This document shows, piece after piece, positions 32,935 to 44,274 of a DNA stretch of 64,000 nucleotides (its first letter is position 1; every line of letters starts with the position of its first letter). A model generated the notes under the pieces. That model saw only the letters and a list, made by a program, of their open reading frames with translations, was not told the DNA's origin and made no database searches. The translations under genes were made by a program, and so were the position numbers. Origin of the DNA: a bacterium (GTDB lineage Bacteria; UBA8248); assembly GCA_963692865.2 (NCBI GenBank), contig OY843592.1, positions 480,001-544,000 of the forward strand, given 5' to 3'.

Positions 32935-34722
32935 CTAGACGCTCCCGCCTTGTTCGGCGAACGCGGCCGTGGTGGGCCTTTCCTCGGGCGAGGGCGCGGC
33001 GCTCCCCTCACCAACCACTTCCCGGCGCCTCGGCGTCACCTTCCCGTCCTCGAGCGAGAGCACGAGGTTGCAGCGCCACTCCTCCCTGATCTCGGGATGG
33101 TCGATGCGGAAATGCCCGCCCCGGCTCTCCTTTCGCGCGAGGGCCGCCACGGCGAGCATGCGCGCCACGCCGATGAGGTTGTGCGTCTCCTGGATTCTCC
33201 TCATGCAGTCAAAACGCTTGCGGGGCGCGTCGCCGGCCACGGCGGCCAGAGCGTTCCCGGCTTCGAGCTCATCGAGCCGCGCGAGGGCTTTCTCAAGCCT
33301 CGCCTCCTCGCGAATCTGCCCGATTCCCTCCACCCCCACGCGCTGCACCTCCAGGCGCAGGCGCTTGTCGTCCGGCCCGCTCGTCCTCGTCTCGCTCTCG
33401 CGCAGCTTCTCGATTCCCTCCCGCCAGCCGCCGCTCTCGGGGTCGGGTTTTTCGAGCCGCGCTCCCTCGCAGGCCGCGCCGATGCCGGAGCGAAGCCCGA
33501 AGACGTAGCTGTCCGCCAGGGCCGCGCCGCCCGTGCGGTTCGCCCCGTGGACGCCGCCCGCCGCCTCGCCTCCCGCGTAGAAGCCCGTGAGATTCGTGCG
33601 GCCCCACTCGTCGATGCGGATGCCGCCCAGATAGGTGTGCGGGCCGCTCGCCACCTCGATGGGGGAATCCGCCATGTCCACGCCCTGGGTCTTGAAGACG
33701 CGGATGATGTCCGCGGTGGCGCCGTCGTTCACCTCCTCGATCACGTGGCGCGCGTCGAGGTAGACGCCGTGGTTCTCCGTGCCGCGCCCCTCGTAAATCT
33801 CCATGCCCACCCCCCGGTTCACCACGGCGCGCGTGGCGCGCTCGCCGCGCTCGGGGTCGTAGTTCCACATGAAGCGCTCGCCGTCGTTGTTGTAGAGGTA
33901 GGCGCCCGCGTTGATGAAGCCGCTCGTGTGGGGCGGATAGCCCCGGATCTTGAGCGGCGCCGCGGCCAGGAGTTGATAGTCGATGAACTCCATGTCGATG
34001 AGTTCGGCCCCTGCGCGCAGCGCCATGGCGTAGCCGTCGCCCGAGATGTAGGGCGGCGAGTCGTTCACCTCATGCAACTGCGGGGCGCCGCCCGTGGCCA
34101 TGATGGTCGAGCGCGCGTGCGCCACGATGGGAACTCCCTCGCGGTACAAGAACCCCCACGCCCCGACGACGCGCTCGCCCTCTTTCATGAGGTCCACGAA
34201 GATGGCGTGCTGTATCGTCTCGACGCCCCATTCGCGCATCTTCTTCGCCAGAGACTGCATGAGCGGCTTGCCCATCAGCTTCCCGCAGTGCAGAAGGCGC
34301 GGGAAGCGGTGCGAGGCGCTTTTCTTCTGGTGGTATCTGCCGTCTTCCATCCTCACGAGGCCCAGCCCCCAGGCGTCGAGCTCTATGGTCCTGTCGATTG
34401 CCTCCTCGCTCATGATCCGCATCAGGCGGTGGTTGCAGACTCCGTAACTCGCCTCGATGGAATCCTCATACAGGAATTCGGGCCTGTCGGTGGGCTCGGA
34501 GTGGCCCATCGCCGCGGTGTAGCCGCCGCGCGCCATGGATGAACTGCCGGAGGGAAACGTGGCCTTCGTGATGAGGACGGGCTTGACGCCCGAACGGACG
34601 CAGCCCACCGCCGCCATCATCCCGGCGACGCCGCCGCCGATGATGAGCACGTCGGTCTCTATTTTTCTGACTTCGGAAAATGGGCTCAACCCCGGCCTCC
34701 GCCGCGCTCCGTTCCCGGACAA
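32935..34722 (-). CDS. FAD-dependent oxidoreductase, NadB/SdhA/FrdA flavoprotein family
   Basis: IIGGGVAG, MATGG, SGDG.AMA.RAGA, HGANR, ESRGGHFR.D. No adjacent Fe-S subunit. Confidence 0.88.
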   Translation of the reverse strand: MSGNGARRRPGLSPFSEVRKIETDVLIIGGGVAGMMAAVGCVRSGVKPVLITKATFPSGSSSMARGGYTAAMGHSEPTDRPEFLYEDSIEASYGVCNHRLMRIMSEEAIDRTIELDAWGLGLVRMEDGRYHQKKSASHRFPRLLHCGKLMGKPLMQSLAKKMREWGVETIQHAIFVDLMKEGERVVGAWGFLYREGVPIVAHARSTIMATGGAPQLHEVNDSPPYISGDGYAMALRAGAELIDMEFIDYQLLAAAPLKIRGYPPHTSGFINAGAYLYNNDGERFMWNYDPERGERATRAVVNRGVGMEIYEGRGTENHGVYLDARHVIEEVNDGATADIIRVFKTQGVDMADSPIEVASGPHTYLGGIRIDEWGRTNLTGFYAGGEAAGGVHGANRTGGAALADSYVFGLRSGIGAACEGARLEKPDPESGGWREGIEKLRESETRTSGPDDKRLRLEVQRVGVEGIGQIREEARLEKALARLDELEAGNALAAVAGDAPRKRFDCMRRIQETHNLIGVARMLAVAALARKESRGGHFRIDHPEIREEWRCNLVLSLEDGKVTPRRREVVGEGSAAPSPEERPTTAAFAEQGGSV

Positions 34723-34783
34723 TCACGCGCGGCTCCGGTATGAAGCCGAAAGGCGCCGGACGCGCGCGATTCGGAATCTCTCC

Positions 34784-35581
34784 TTACTGTTTCGCCAAGA
34801 ACGCGGAGATGTGCTCGGTCACCGCATCGGTGTCCTCGATCGCCATCAGGTGCCCCACGCCCGGAACCACCATCTTCTCGGCGCCCTCAATCTTCACGGC
34901 CAGCTCATCCGCGCAGGCGTGGAAGCCGGACAAATCCTTCTCGCCCACCATGAGGAGAGTCGGCGCCGTGATCTTGGCGGCGATGTTCGCGAGCGACGCG
35001 TCCTGCGGAGGATCCTGGTCGAGCCAATGCGCGCCCGTGTAGGTGAGGAGCATGTCCTCGGCCCAGTCGGCGGCGTCCTCGTTTTCCCGCACGGAGGCGA
35101 AGATGGGAAGATCCGCCCAGTAATCCTTGGCCGCCCGCAACCCCTCGGCTCTCAGGGTGGCCATGGTCTGGAGCCTCTGGTCGGCGAAATCGGGCATCAG
35201 GCGGGGGTAGTCGTAGCCCGCCCCCATCGCGATGACGGACGCCGCCTTGTCCGGATGCGCCGCGGCGAAGCCGAGCGCGACCCCTGCGCCGCGGCTCAAG
35301 CCCACGAGGTGGGCCTTGGGGATGCGGGTGTGTTCGAGCAAATCGAGGAGGTCCGCCACCTCTTCGTCCCGGCCGTAGCCCGTGGGGGGCTTCTCCGATC
35401 GGCCATGCCCTCTCAGGTCATACGTCACGACCCGGTGCGTGCCCCGGAGCGCGAGCTTCTGGCGCTCCCACATCGAGCGGTTCAGCCCGTGCCCGTGTAT
35501 GAAGACGATGGGGGGTGTCGGGGTGTTCATGCCGTTGTCGTCGTAGGAAATCTGGACTCCGTTGCACACTGCTTGCGCCAC
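34784..35581 (-). CDS. Alpha/beta hydrolase
   Basis: FIHG, DLRGHGRS, GLSRG nucleophile, GEKD, GVGH. GTG start after a GGAGG RBS. Confidence 0.88.
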   Translation of the reverse strand: MAQAVCNGVQISYDDNGMNTPTPPIVFIHGHGLNRSMWERQKLALRGTHRVVTYDLRGHGRSEKPPTGYGRDEEVADLLDLLEHTRIPKAHLVGLSRGAGVALGFAAAHPDKAASVIAMGAGYDYPRLMPDFADQRLQTMATLRAEGLRAAKDYWADLPIFASVRENEDAADWAEDMLLTYTGAHWLDQDPPQDASLANIAAKITAPTLLMVGEKDLSGFHACADELAVKIEGAEKMVVPGVGHLMAIEDTDAVTEHISAFLAKQ

Positions 35582-35745
35582 AGGAATTGCCTCCAGCGGG
35601 ATGTTGATCATCCAAACCCCTCCGCCCGGCTCCTCGTCGAGCCGTCCCGCGTCGGCGGCCGGGTTGGGTTGGAAGAAGTGTGTATACAACGATTCGCCCC
35701 GATTCGCAAAGCGCAGGGCGGCCCTTGGCGCACGGCGGCAACCGG

Positions 35746-36101
35746 GTCTGTTGAAAAAGTCCTGATTTCGTGATTCGGCTTGTATATCCAACCGGGCGGG
35801 GAGGCAGGAGGCTTCACTCCCCCCTTGAGGGGGGTGTTGAAAAAGTCCATGTATCCCCTGTCTGCGACGTGATGCTCCCGTAGCGCCGGCCCCCCCTCGG
35901 GGCTGTCCCACAGGCCTCCGCGCCTGTCCTGCTACGCAAAACGCGATGGCGTTGCAGGGGCCGCATATCATGCGGCCCGGCCTTGTCGCCTTCACAATAC
36001 GGGTCGCATGATATGTCAGACATATATGTCCGACCTACACTCCGAATACGGGATGATGGAACACGGCGCTCGCTCCCAGGGTCGGCTTTTTCAACAACCC
36101 C
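35746..36101. mobile_element. Composite MITE/REP cluster
   Basis: GTTGAAAAAG ends near 35750 and 35836, CTTTTTCAACAACCCC at 36086-36101, and an inverted copy of the 23253-23338 REP doublet. Confidence 0.6.
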
Positions 36102-36274
36102 CATCCCGCGGGCCTTGCTTCAAGGGCTTCGCCGCCTCCGGGGGAAGCGAAACTCACGGCTCTCTTCAAAAAAAGGGCCTTTTGCGCCAGAATGCAGGTC
36201 GTTCGACTTCAGTCGCGCATGGGAGAATTTTATCGAGCGCACCCCATGTCGGCGCGCATGAAAGAAGAACCGCC

Positions 36275-36700
36275 ATGAAACTCGTCTACGAGCACGCGCA
36301 CATCCTTCACACGGACCACGACGAGGCGGTGCGCTTCTACCGCGAAACCCTGGGGGCGCGCGTCGTCGATTCGCGCGAGCGCAAAGGCGCGCCCCAGACC
36401 AAGCTCATGGCCGGAGGCGGCATGCTCATCGTGCGGGGCGTCCGGCCCGGAGAAAACCCCGCCCCCCCGGGCCGCACGCCGCGCATGGGCGTCGACCACA
36501 TCGGCTTCTACGTGGGGGAGGGAGAACTCGAGGCCGCCCGCGCGGCCCTCACCGAACGCGGCGTCCCCATCATCGAGGAAAACGACATGCCGCACCTCAA
36601 ATACCTCTACTTCGAGGGGCCCGACGGCGTGGTGATCGAACTCATGGAAACCAAGGGGCCGATTCCCGCATCGGTTCAGGATCAAGACGAGGAGTCATAA
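36275..36700 (+). CDS. VOC/glyoxalase family protein
   Basis: HAHI..D...A.RFY...LG, DHIGF, YFEGPDGVVIEL. Confidence 0.88.
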   Translation: MKLVYEHAHILHTDHDEAVRFYRETLGARVVDSRERKGAPQTKLMAGGGMLIVRGVRPGENPAPPGRTPRMGVDHIGFYVGEGELEAARAALTERGVPIIEENDMPHLKYLYFEGPDGVVIELMETKGPIPASVQDQDEES

Positions 36701-36704
36701 AACG

Positions 36705-37457
36705 ATGGAAAAAGCGCGCACGCTGATGGAGATGACGAACCCCGAAGCCGAGAAGACCCTGGAAGAAACCGGCCTCGCCATCATTCCCCTGGGCAGCGTG
36801 GAGCAGCACGGCGCCCACCTGCCGATGGGCACGGACTACTACGCGGCGGAATCGTTCGCGAGGCGGGTCGCGGCCATCACCGGCGGATTGCTCGTGGATT
36901 TCTGCCCCTTCGGCGTCACGCCCCTGCACATGGGCTTCGGCGGCACGGTGTCGCTGCGCTCGGAAACAATGATTCATCTGATGCGCGACGTCGTCGGCAG
37001 CCTTCACCAGCACGGGGCGCGGAAGATGGTGTTCCTGAACTGGCACGAACGCAACCTGCCCGCGATGGAAATCGCCGCCGAGGACGCCCAGAACGCGCAC
37101 GAGGGTTTGCGAATCCTCATCGTGCACGCGCACTTCATCGCCAAGAACCTCTACGGCCAAGAAGTGGGCCTGACCCACGGCGGGGAACTCGAAGTCCTCC
37201 CCGTTCTCGCCGACAGGCCCGAACTCGCGCGCCTGGAGCTCGCCACGGACGCATCCCCCATGGACCGCGGCGCCAAGAGCGACGCCGCCCGGCGCGACCC
37301 GGCGGTCTACTACATTCCCAGGGACGTGCGCGACATGTACGAAACCGGCTGGTACGGCGTGATAGAGGACACCTCTCCCGAGCGCGTGGCCGAGGTGATG
37401 AACGGCGTCTCAGCCGAGGCGGCCCGGCGCATCAAGGCCTATTTCGGGTTGGCGTAA
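36705..37457 (+). CDS. Creatininase family protein
   Basis: PLGSVEQHGAHLPMGTD, NWHERN, HGGELE. Confidence 0.88.
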   Translation: MEKARTLMEMTNPEAEKTLEETGLAIIPLGSVEQHGAHLPMGTDYYAAESFARRVAAITGGLLVDFCPFGVTPLHMGFGGTVSLRSETMIHLMRDVVGSLHQHGARKMVFLNWHERNLPAMEIAAEDAQNAHEGLRILIVHAHFIAKNLYGQEVGLTHGGELEVLPVLADRPELARLELATDASPMDRGAKSDAARRDPAVYYIPRDVRDMYETGWYGVIEDTSPERVAEVMNGVSAEAARRIKAYFGLA

Positions 37458-37583
37458 ACCGGAGCCCTGTCCGGGTTCATCCCTCACTGCATAGGGTTGT
37501 TTCCCCCGGCGCCATGGGCGGCGGCATTTGGGAAACTGCGCTCACCGTCGCTACCGTTCGAGAAAACAAGCCTGTCTTTCCGG

Positions 37584-37611
37584 TTGACAAGGAATTTTTT
37601 CGGCCTATATT
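37584..37611 (+). promoter_or_regulatory. Sigma70-type promoter for the antitoxin-toxin pair
   Basis: TTGACA-16 nt-TATATT. Confidence 0.5.
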
Positions 37612-37683
37612 CACTTTCGAGATATTTGCGCCATCAAGATTGCGCCTGCTAAAATTCGAGCTTAATAAATTGAGGTCATCCCG

Positions 37684-38136
37684 TTGCTTACCTGCAAAGA
37701 CGTAGCCGAATACTTCCTCTCGCTTCAGGATGAAGACGCGGGGGATTTGATCTCCAACCTGAAATTACAAAAACTCGTTTACTATGCGCAGGGATGCCAT
37801 CTGGCGCTTTATGATGAGCCGCTTTTTGAGGATCGTATCGAAGCATGGCTGCATGGCCCCGTCGTTCCGAGCCTTTACCGTGAATACAAAACATACGGGG
37901 CAGCCCCGATCCCGAACCCGGGAGATACGGACTGCAGTAAATTCGATGATGAAGAAAGGGAATTTCTGGATGAGGTCTATCACGTTTACGGACAATTCTC
38001 GGCCTGGAAGCTGAAAAACATGACGCATGAAGACGGCCCCTGGCGAGTCGCTTCCGAAAACCAGGAGGCCATCTCGAATCGATCCATGAAAGCGTATTTC
38101 AAGGCCCAGATGAAAAATGGCGAAGCGGAGGATTAG
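37684..38136 (+). CDS. Panacea (DUF4065/SocA-like) antitoxin
   Basis: ISNLKLQKLVYYAQG, IEAW.HGPV...LY, L...TH...PW. Confidence 0.9.
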   Translation: MLTCKDVAEYFLSLQDEDAGDLISNLKLQKLVYYAQGCHLALYDEPLFEDRIEAWLHGPVVPSLYREYKTYGAAPIPNPGDTDCSKFDDEEREFLDEVYHVYGQFSAWKLKNMTHEDGPWRVASENQEAISNRSMKAYFKAQMKNGEAED

Positions 38137-38540
38137 GCCCAAAGACAGGAGGAACAAAGGGGAGAGAATAAAACCCGGTTCTTCTCGCGGCATTTCCCCG
38201 CAAACGCTCCCGCCCAAGTTTTCGCTTCGCTATTTGAGCCAAAGGGAACATTCCCTGAAAAATTGCCAAAGAGACGAAAAAGCCGCCTTCGCCGATACCC
38301 TGGACAAATTAAGCCGACTCACCTGGAATCAGATTTCGAGCTCAAATAGACACGCAAGCGGATATGGAAAGATACCGCGAGATCAAATCAAAGCGCCGAT
38401 ACCGCCACACATCACGGATGAGGTGAACCTCCTCGCTTTCCGTTTTTTTCGGCAGACGCCCCATGGTGGGTTATAGAGACAGAACCACATTCTACGTTCT
38501 GTGGCTCGACAGGGATTTCACCCTGTATTCGCACGCATGA
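38117..38540 (+). pseudogene. Putative toxin partner (RelE-like fold inferred), frameshifted at a T7 run
   Basis: Removing one T from 38443-38449 extends ...LAFRF to FGRRPMVGYRDRTTFYVLWLDRDFTLYSHA-TGA, ending just before a terminator. Could be a sequencing error. Confidence 0.65.
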
Positions 38541-38570
38541 AAAGCGCCCGCCGTATGGCGGGCGCTCTCG
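38540..38570. terminator. Hairpin terminator between the convergent toxin gene and amtB
   Basis: AAAAGCGCCCGCC-GTAT-GGCGGGCGCT. Confidence 0.7.
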
Positions 38571-38634
38571 ACTTTCTCAAAAACACCGGCGTGGGACACG
38601 TCTACGAATCCATCACTCTTGCGCAGCCTTCCGA

Positions 38635-40041
<1,407 letters not shown>

Positions 40042-40318
40042 GAGTTCGCTCCCGTTTGAGTAGAATCCGCTTGAAATTCGCTTGTTTCACGAAGACATGC
40101 TCTATGGCGCCGAGGCGGAAGGGCCGCAACAGAGGCCGGCGGAACATGACGCGTGAGATGGCGATCGGTTCGAGGCGGAATGAGGGTCTGCATACGCGCC
40201 TCCGGGCATGGGCATTCGCTTTCGTAGTGATTACAAATTCATTAGAACATGGAGCGAGGGGGTGATTCAAGAAGTTTTTTCACACGCGCCGCCCGGAACT
40301 CGGCGCGAAATGCCTGCA

Positions 40319-41131
40319 TCAATTGCGATTGAGCCCCTGCTTGCCGCGCGTCATGAGTATGCGCTTCCAGAATTCCTCGCGCTCAAGGATAAGCTCATCC
40401 GACGTTCGGCCGGCTCGATGCTCCAATAGAGTGAACCGAAAATGAACACGGCAATAATCCATTCCTCCTTGGGCGTCGAGCCACGCGCTCAGTTTGACAT
40501 TTCCGCCATGGCCACTCTCGACGTATTCACACCAACGGGACCACACTCCATGATCGCCATAGGCGGAGCCGACGTACCGTTTCTCCGCTTTCGTGTCGGT
40601 GATCAAATACACGCCTTTGACGCTCTCAAGCGCCCCTTTCCAGTCCGGCCTGTCGTTTCGCACCATTGTCTCCAACTCTGCGAACGACAGGTCTACGTCC
40701 TCATAGCCGGGAAAAGAACGGCCCGAATAAGTCTCCCGGAGGATTTCCTGAACCTCGAAATTTTCAAAATGCTTCTCGAATTTGAGACGCGTTCCCCGGC
40801 CTCTAAAGGGGGATCGCAACTTGAGTCGTCCGATGAATTCCTTTCCTTGATCGGTCAGTGCAACTTCGTATCGATCGGCATGACGCTCCACGACCTCGAA
40901 TACGCCGCCGAAAAGCCACATATCGGTTTCGTGGTAAAACTGCATCAAGGAAAAAATGTAGGGCCGGTTGAAATCGTTATTCTTTGGCCGATACTCCTGC
41001 CAACCTCGCCAAGCACGCCTGTCGCTCAGCCAAACCTCCAACGGCTGGGATACGCCGTTCCATCTGGCGAAATGAACTTTGAAGTCTTCAGGGTGATTTA
41101 TTGACCATATATCTTTCAAAAGTATAGTCAT
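40319..41131 (-). CDS. GIY-YIG nuclease domain protein
   Basis: C-terminal GVYLITD....RYVGSAYG..G...RW..Y and RE..WK....GLN.N. Lower GC than its neighbours. Confidence 0.85.
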   Translation of the reverse strand: MTILLKDIWSINHPEDFKVHFARWNGVSQPLEVWLSDRRAWRGWQEYRPKNNDFNRPYIFSLMQFYHETDMWLFGGVFEVVERHADRYEVALTDQGKEFIGRLKLRSPFRGRGTRLKFEKHFENFEVQEILRETYSGRSFPGYEDVDLSFAELETMVRNDRPDWKGALESVKGVYLITDTKAEKRYVGSAYGDHGVWSRWCEYVESGHGGNVKLSAWLDAQGGMDYCRVHFRFTLLEHRAGRTSDELILEREEFWKRILMTRGKQGLNRN

Positions 41132-41210
41132 GCTTTCGATATCTTTCCTGGTTGTCGGTATCGCTATGCATGCTCCGAGGTATCGGCTTCCGGTTCAACA
41201 ATCATTCAGT

Positions 41211-41242
41211 AAAAAAGCGCCCGACGGCAGACGGGCGCTTTC
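41211..41242 (-). terminator. Intrinsic terminator of the AhpD-like pair
   Basis: AAAAAAGCGCCCG...CGGGCGCTTT hairpin. Confidence 0.7.
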
Positions 41243-41258
41243 GCTTCGGCGGCGAAAC

Positions 41259-41864
41259 TCAGGACGGCAGGGGCACGTCTTTTCCGTAGATTTGCTCGGA
41301 CTGCGCCTGCGTGACGGGGTTTCCCTCCGGATCGTGCAAGGGATAGGCCTTGAGCGTGCGCATGAAGACCTGAAGGCCGTAGTGAAGCGCCACCATCGCG
41401 CCGATCTCCATGATCTGGGCTTCGGTGAAGTGCTTCTTGCCCTCGTCGTAGAATTCCTTGTCGAGCCTCGCGGCGTCGCGGTACATCCAGTAGGAAAACC
41501 GAAGCGCCCACTTCTCGGCGTCGGTGAACTGCGGGTCGTTCTCGAAATCCCCGCAGGCGGCCTCGATGCGCTCCTCCGTCAAGCCCTCTTTTTTCGCCTG
41601 CTCGGAGCGCAGGTTCGCGAAGTAGGTGTCCTGCGCGGTTCTGGCGAGCTGGATGCGGACCATCTCCTTGAGCTTGTGGTCCACCCCGCCCATGGCGTGG
41701 GAGCGGTGCATGGCTTCGTGCAGGGCGCCGGCGTAGCCGGGCGCATGGGCCATGATGCGCGAGAAGAGTTCATCGGGCGCCTGGGTCTCGGCGGTGCGCC
41801 CCATGACGCGCTTCCAGTCCTTCTCCTCGATGGCTTCGGGTTCGAGCGGATTGATGATCGGCAT
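41259..41864 (-). CDS. AhpD/carboxymuconolactone decarboxylase-like protein lacking the redox motif
   Basis: GGVDHKLKEMVRIQLARTAQDTYFANLRS; paralog of the upstream gene, starting 2 nt after its stop. Confidence 0.85.
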   Translation of the reverse strand: MPIINPLEPEAIEEKDWKRVMGRTAETQAPDELFSRIMAHAPGYAGALHEAMHRSHAMGGVDHKLKEMVRIQLARTAQDTYFANLRSEQAKKEGLTEERIEAACGDFENDPQFTDAEKWALRFSYWMYRDAARLDKEFYDEGKKHFTEAQIMEIGAMVALHYGLQVFMRTLKAYPLHDPEGNPVTQAQSEQIYGKDVPLPS

Positions 41865-41866
41865 GG

Positions 41867-42538
41867 CTACCCCTCCCGGCTTCCGTCGGCCCCTTGCGCC
41901 TCGCCCTCTTCGAGCGCTCGCGCCAGCGGGCCGCTCATGTGCGAGACGGGGCAATCGCCGTAGATGCGCCGCGATTCCTCCTGGCTCACGAGCCTGCCGT
42001 CGGGGGAGAACATGGGGTAGAAATCGAGCGTCCGGAAAAAGGTATGGTAGCCCACGTTGAAGCCGATGAAGGAGCCGAGTTCCACGATTTCCTCATCCGA
42101 GTAGTGCCCGCGCAGCCTCGCGTAGAAGGCTTCGTCAATCTTCTCGGGCTCGGAATCCATGAGTTCGCTGTATTCGAGAGCGAGTTTCTCGGCTTCGGTG
42201 AAAAGCTCGCTCTCGCGCCAGTTGTCGATGCCCTCGTCTATCATCTCTTCCGTCAGGCCCGCCTGCTTCGCCGAAGCAGAACGCACGTTCCCTCAGTAGT
42301 TGCAAAAGGCGCGGCGGGAGAGCTGGACGCGGATGATCTCCTTGAGCTTGTGGTCGATGACGCCGGTGTTGAACACCGTTCCCCAGGCGAGGTACATCGA
42401 CTTCGCCAGATCCTCGTTGTGGCCCTGCATGGCGTGAAAGGCGGGGTCGGGCGCGCGGTGCTTGAGCGCCTTGTTGAGGAAAGGAGCGAGTTTCGTCTTC
42501 TTCAGGTCCTCGATGTCGAGCATGGTGATGTTGGACAT
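41867..42538 (-). CDS. AhpD-like selenoprotein with CxxU motif, 223 aa
   Basis: ORFs 42293..42538 and 41867..42286 share a frame: DHKLKEIIRVQLSRRAFCNY-TGA(42293-42295)-GNVRS. Hairpin CUGCUUC-GGC-GAAGCAG at 42263-42279; AAGGAG RBS. Confidence 0.88.
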
Positions 42539-42597
42539 ATGGACAATCTCCTTACAGGATGACGAATAAAACCGTATTATCGGCTAACGCCTCAGGC

Positions 42598-42808
42598 GCC
42601 GCTGAAAAAGCCCCGATGAACGATGGCTTGACACGAGCGAAGAGCGAGCGATTGCGACGGTCGCCATTCGAGGGAGTTTGTAGGGGTCGCATACATGCGA
42701 CCCTGATTTTTCGCGTCTCCCGCGAACGGGCCGCATATTATGCGGCCCCTACAATCGGTCCCTACAAAAAGCAATCCACCCCTCCTCGGGCGGCTTTCTC
42801 AACAATCT
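42598..42808. repeat. Degenerate MITE with a GTAG-type REP doublet
   Basis: GCTGAAAAAGCC...GGCTTTCTCAAC ends, enclosing GTAGGGGTCGCAT..ATGCGACCC and GGGCCGCAT..ATGCGGCCCCTAC. Confidence 0.55.
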
Positions 42809-42811
42809 CCC

Positions 42812-44179
42812 TCAGGCGCCGCTCTCCGCCTGGACGCGGCGCAGGGCGGTGTCGAGAGCGGAGGCGGCGCGCTCTGCTTCTTCCTCCGTCAAGACCAGCG
42901 GCGGGCTGATGGTGACGGTGTTCGAGGGACCCGCCGCGATGCCGGCGTTCTTGCCGAAGATCACGCCTTGCTCCTTCGCGTAGGCCAGCACCTTCGCCGT
43001 GGCCGCCGTGGACAGCGGCGCGCCGTCTTCTTCTACCAACTCGACGCCCCAGATGAGGCCCACGCCCCGCACGTCGCCCACGCAGGGGATGTCGGAGAGT
43101 TTGCCCAAAAGCCCGCCGAGATAAGCGCCCACCTTGGCGCCGCGCGCGGGCAATTCCTCGTCCATCATGATCTCGAGGTTCTTGAGCGAAGCCGCGCAGG
43201 CGACGGGGTGTCCGCCGTAGGTGTTTATCTGCAGGAACCCCGAGTCGCCCTCGGCGTTCAGGGCTTCGAATATCTCGTTCGTGGTCGCCGTCGCCCCGAT
43301 GGGCAGATAGGCGCTGCTCAGTCCCTTGGCCATCGTCATGATGTCCGGCTCGACCTCGTACAGATCGGAAGCGAAGAGCTGCCCCGTGCGACCGAAGCCG
43401 GTGATGACCTCATCGGCGATGAACAAGACGCCGTGGTTCCGGCACACTTCGCGCATGCGCTTCAGGTAATCCGCGGGCGGCGGTATCACCCCGCCGCCGC
43501 CGATGACGGGCTCCGCGATGAAAGCCGCCACGGTCTCGGGATCCTCGTAGCGGATGACCTCGTCCAGCTCGTCCGCGCATCTGGCGGCGAGTTCTTCCTC
43601 GGTGTCCGCGTTGCTGCGGTAGAAATAGGGCGCGCTCACGTGGATCACGCCCGGCAGGAGCGGCTCGAACATCGCGCGCCTCAGCGTCTGGCCGGTGAGG
43701 CTCGCCCCGCCGATGGTCGCCCCGTGATAGCCCTGGTGGCGGGCGATGATCTTGTACCGCCTCCCGCCGTTCAGTCGCCCGTAGGCGCGGGCCAGCTTGA
43801 TGGCCGTGTCCACCGCCTCGGAGCCGGAATTGACGAACCAGACGCGCTCGACGCCCTCGGGCAACAGGGACGCGAGCCGTTCGGCGAGCCTGGCCGCGGG
43901 CGGGTTCACCTGCGTCAGCGGATAGTAGGCCAACTCGAGCATCTGCTCGTAAGCCGCCTTGGCGACCTCGTCGCGCCCGTAGCCGATGTTCACGCACCAA
44001 AGCCCCGCCATGGCGTCGATGTATTCCCTGCCGGAGGCGTCCTGGATGGTCGAGCCACTGGCCTTGACCACGACGTCGAGGGGATTCTCCTCCATCCCGG
44101 AATGGTTCATGAGCGGATGCCAGACGTGTTCCTTGTCCATCGTCCGCAAGGATTCGGCTTCGGCTATGGCTGGATTCAT
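42812..44179 (-). CDS. Class III PLP-dependent aminotransferase (taurine/omega-amine:pyruvate-like)
   Basis: DAMAGLWCVNIGYG, NSGSEA, YHG, DEVITGFGRTG, AKGLSSAY. Confidence 0.92.
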   Translation of the reverse strand: MNPAIAEAESLRTMDKEHVWHPLMNHSGMEENPLDVVVKASGSTIQDASGREYIDAMAGLWCVNIGYGRDEVAKAAYEQMLELAYYPLTQVNPPAARLAERLASLLPEGVERVWFVNSGSEAVDTAIKLARAYGRLNGGRRYKIIARHQGYHGATIGGASLTGQTLRRAMFEPLLPGVIHVSAPYFYRSNADTEEELAARCADELDEVIRYEDPETVAAFIAEPVIGGGGVIPPPADYLKRMREVCRNHGVLFIADEVITGFGRTGQLFASDLYEVEPDIMTMAKGLSSAYLPIGATATTNEIFEALNAEGDSGFLQINTYGGHPVACAASLKNLEIMMDEELPARGAKVGAYLGGLLGKLSDIPCVGDVRGVGLIWGVELVEEDGAPLSTAATAKVLAYAKEQGVIFGKNAGIAAGPSNTVTISPPLVLTEEEAERAASALDTALRRVQAESGA

Positions 44180-44274
44180 GGGAGTCCCCTCTCGGGTTTC
44201 AGCGATTCGGGATGCCATCGATTCGATGCGGAAATCTTAATCTCCAAGCAGATGCGGATCAACCGGTGGACAGG

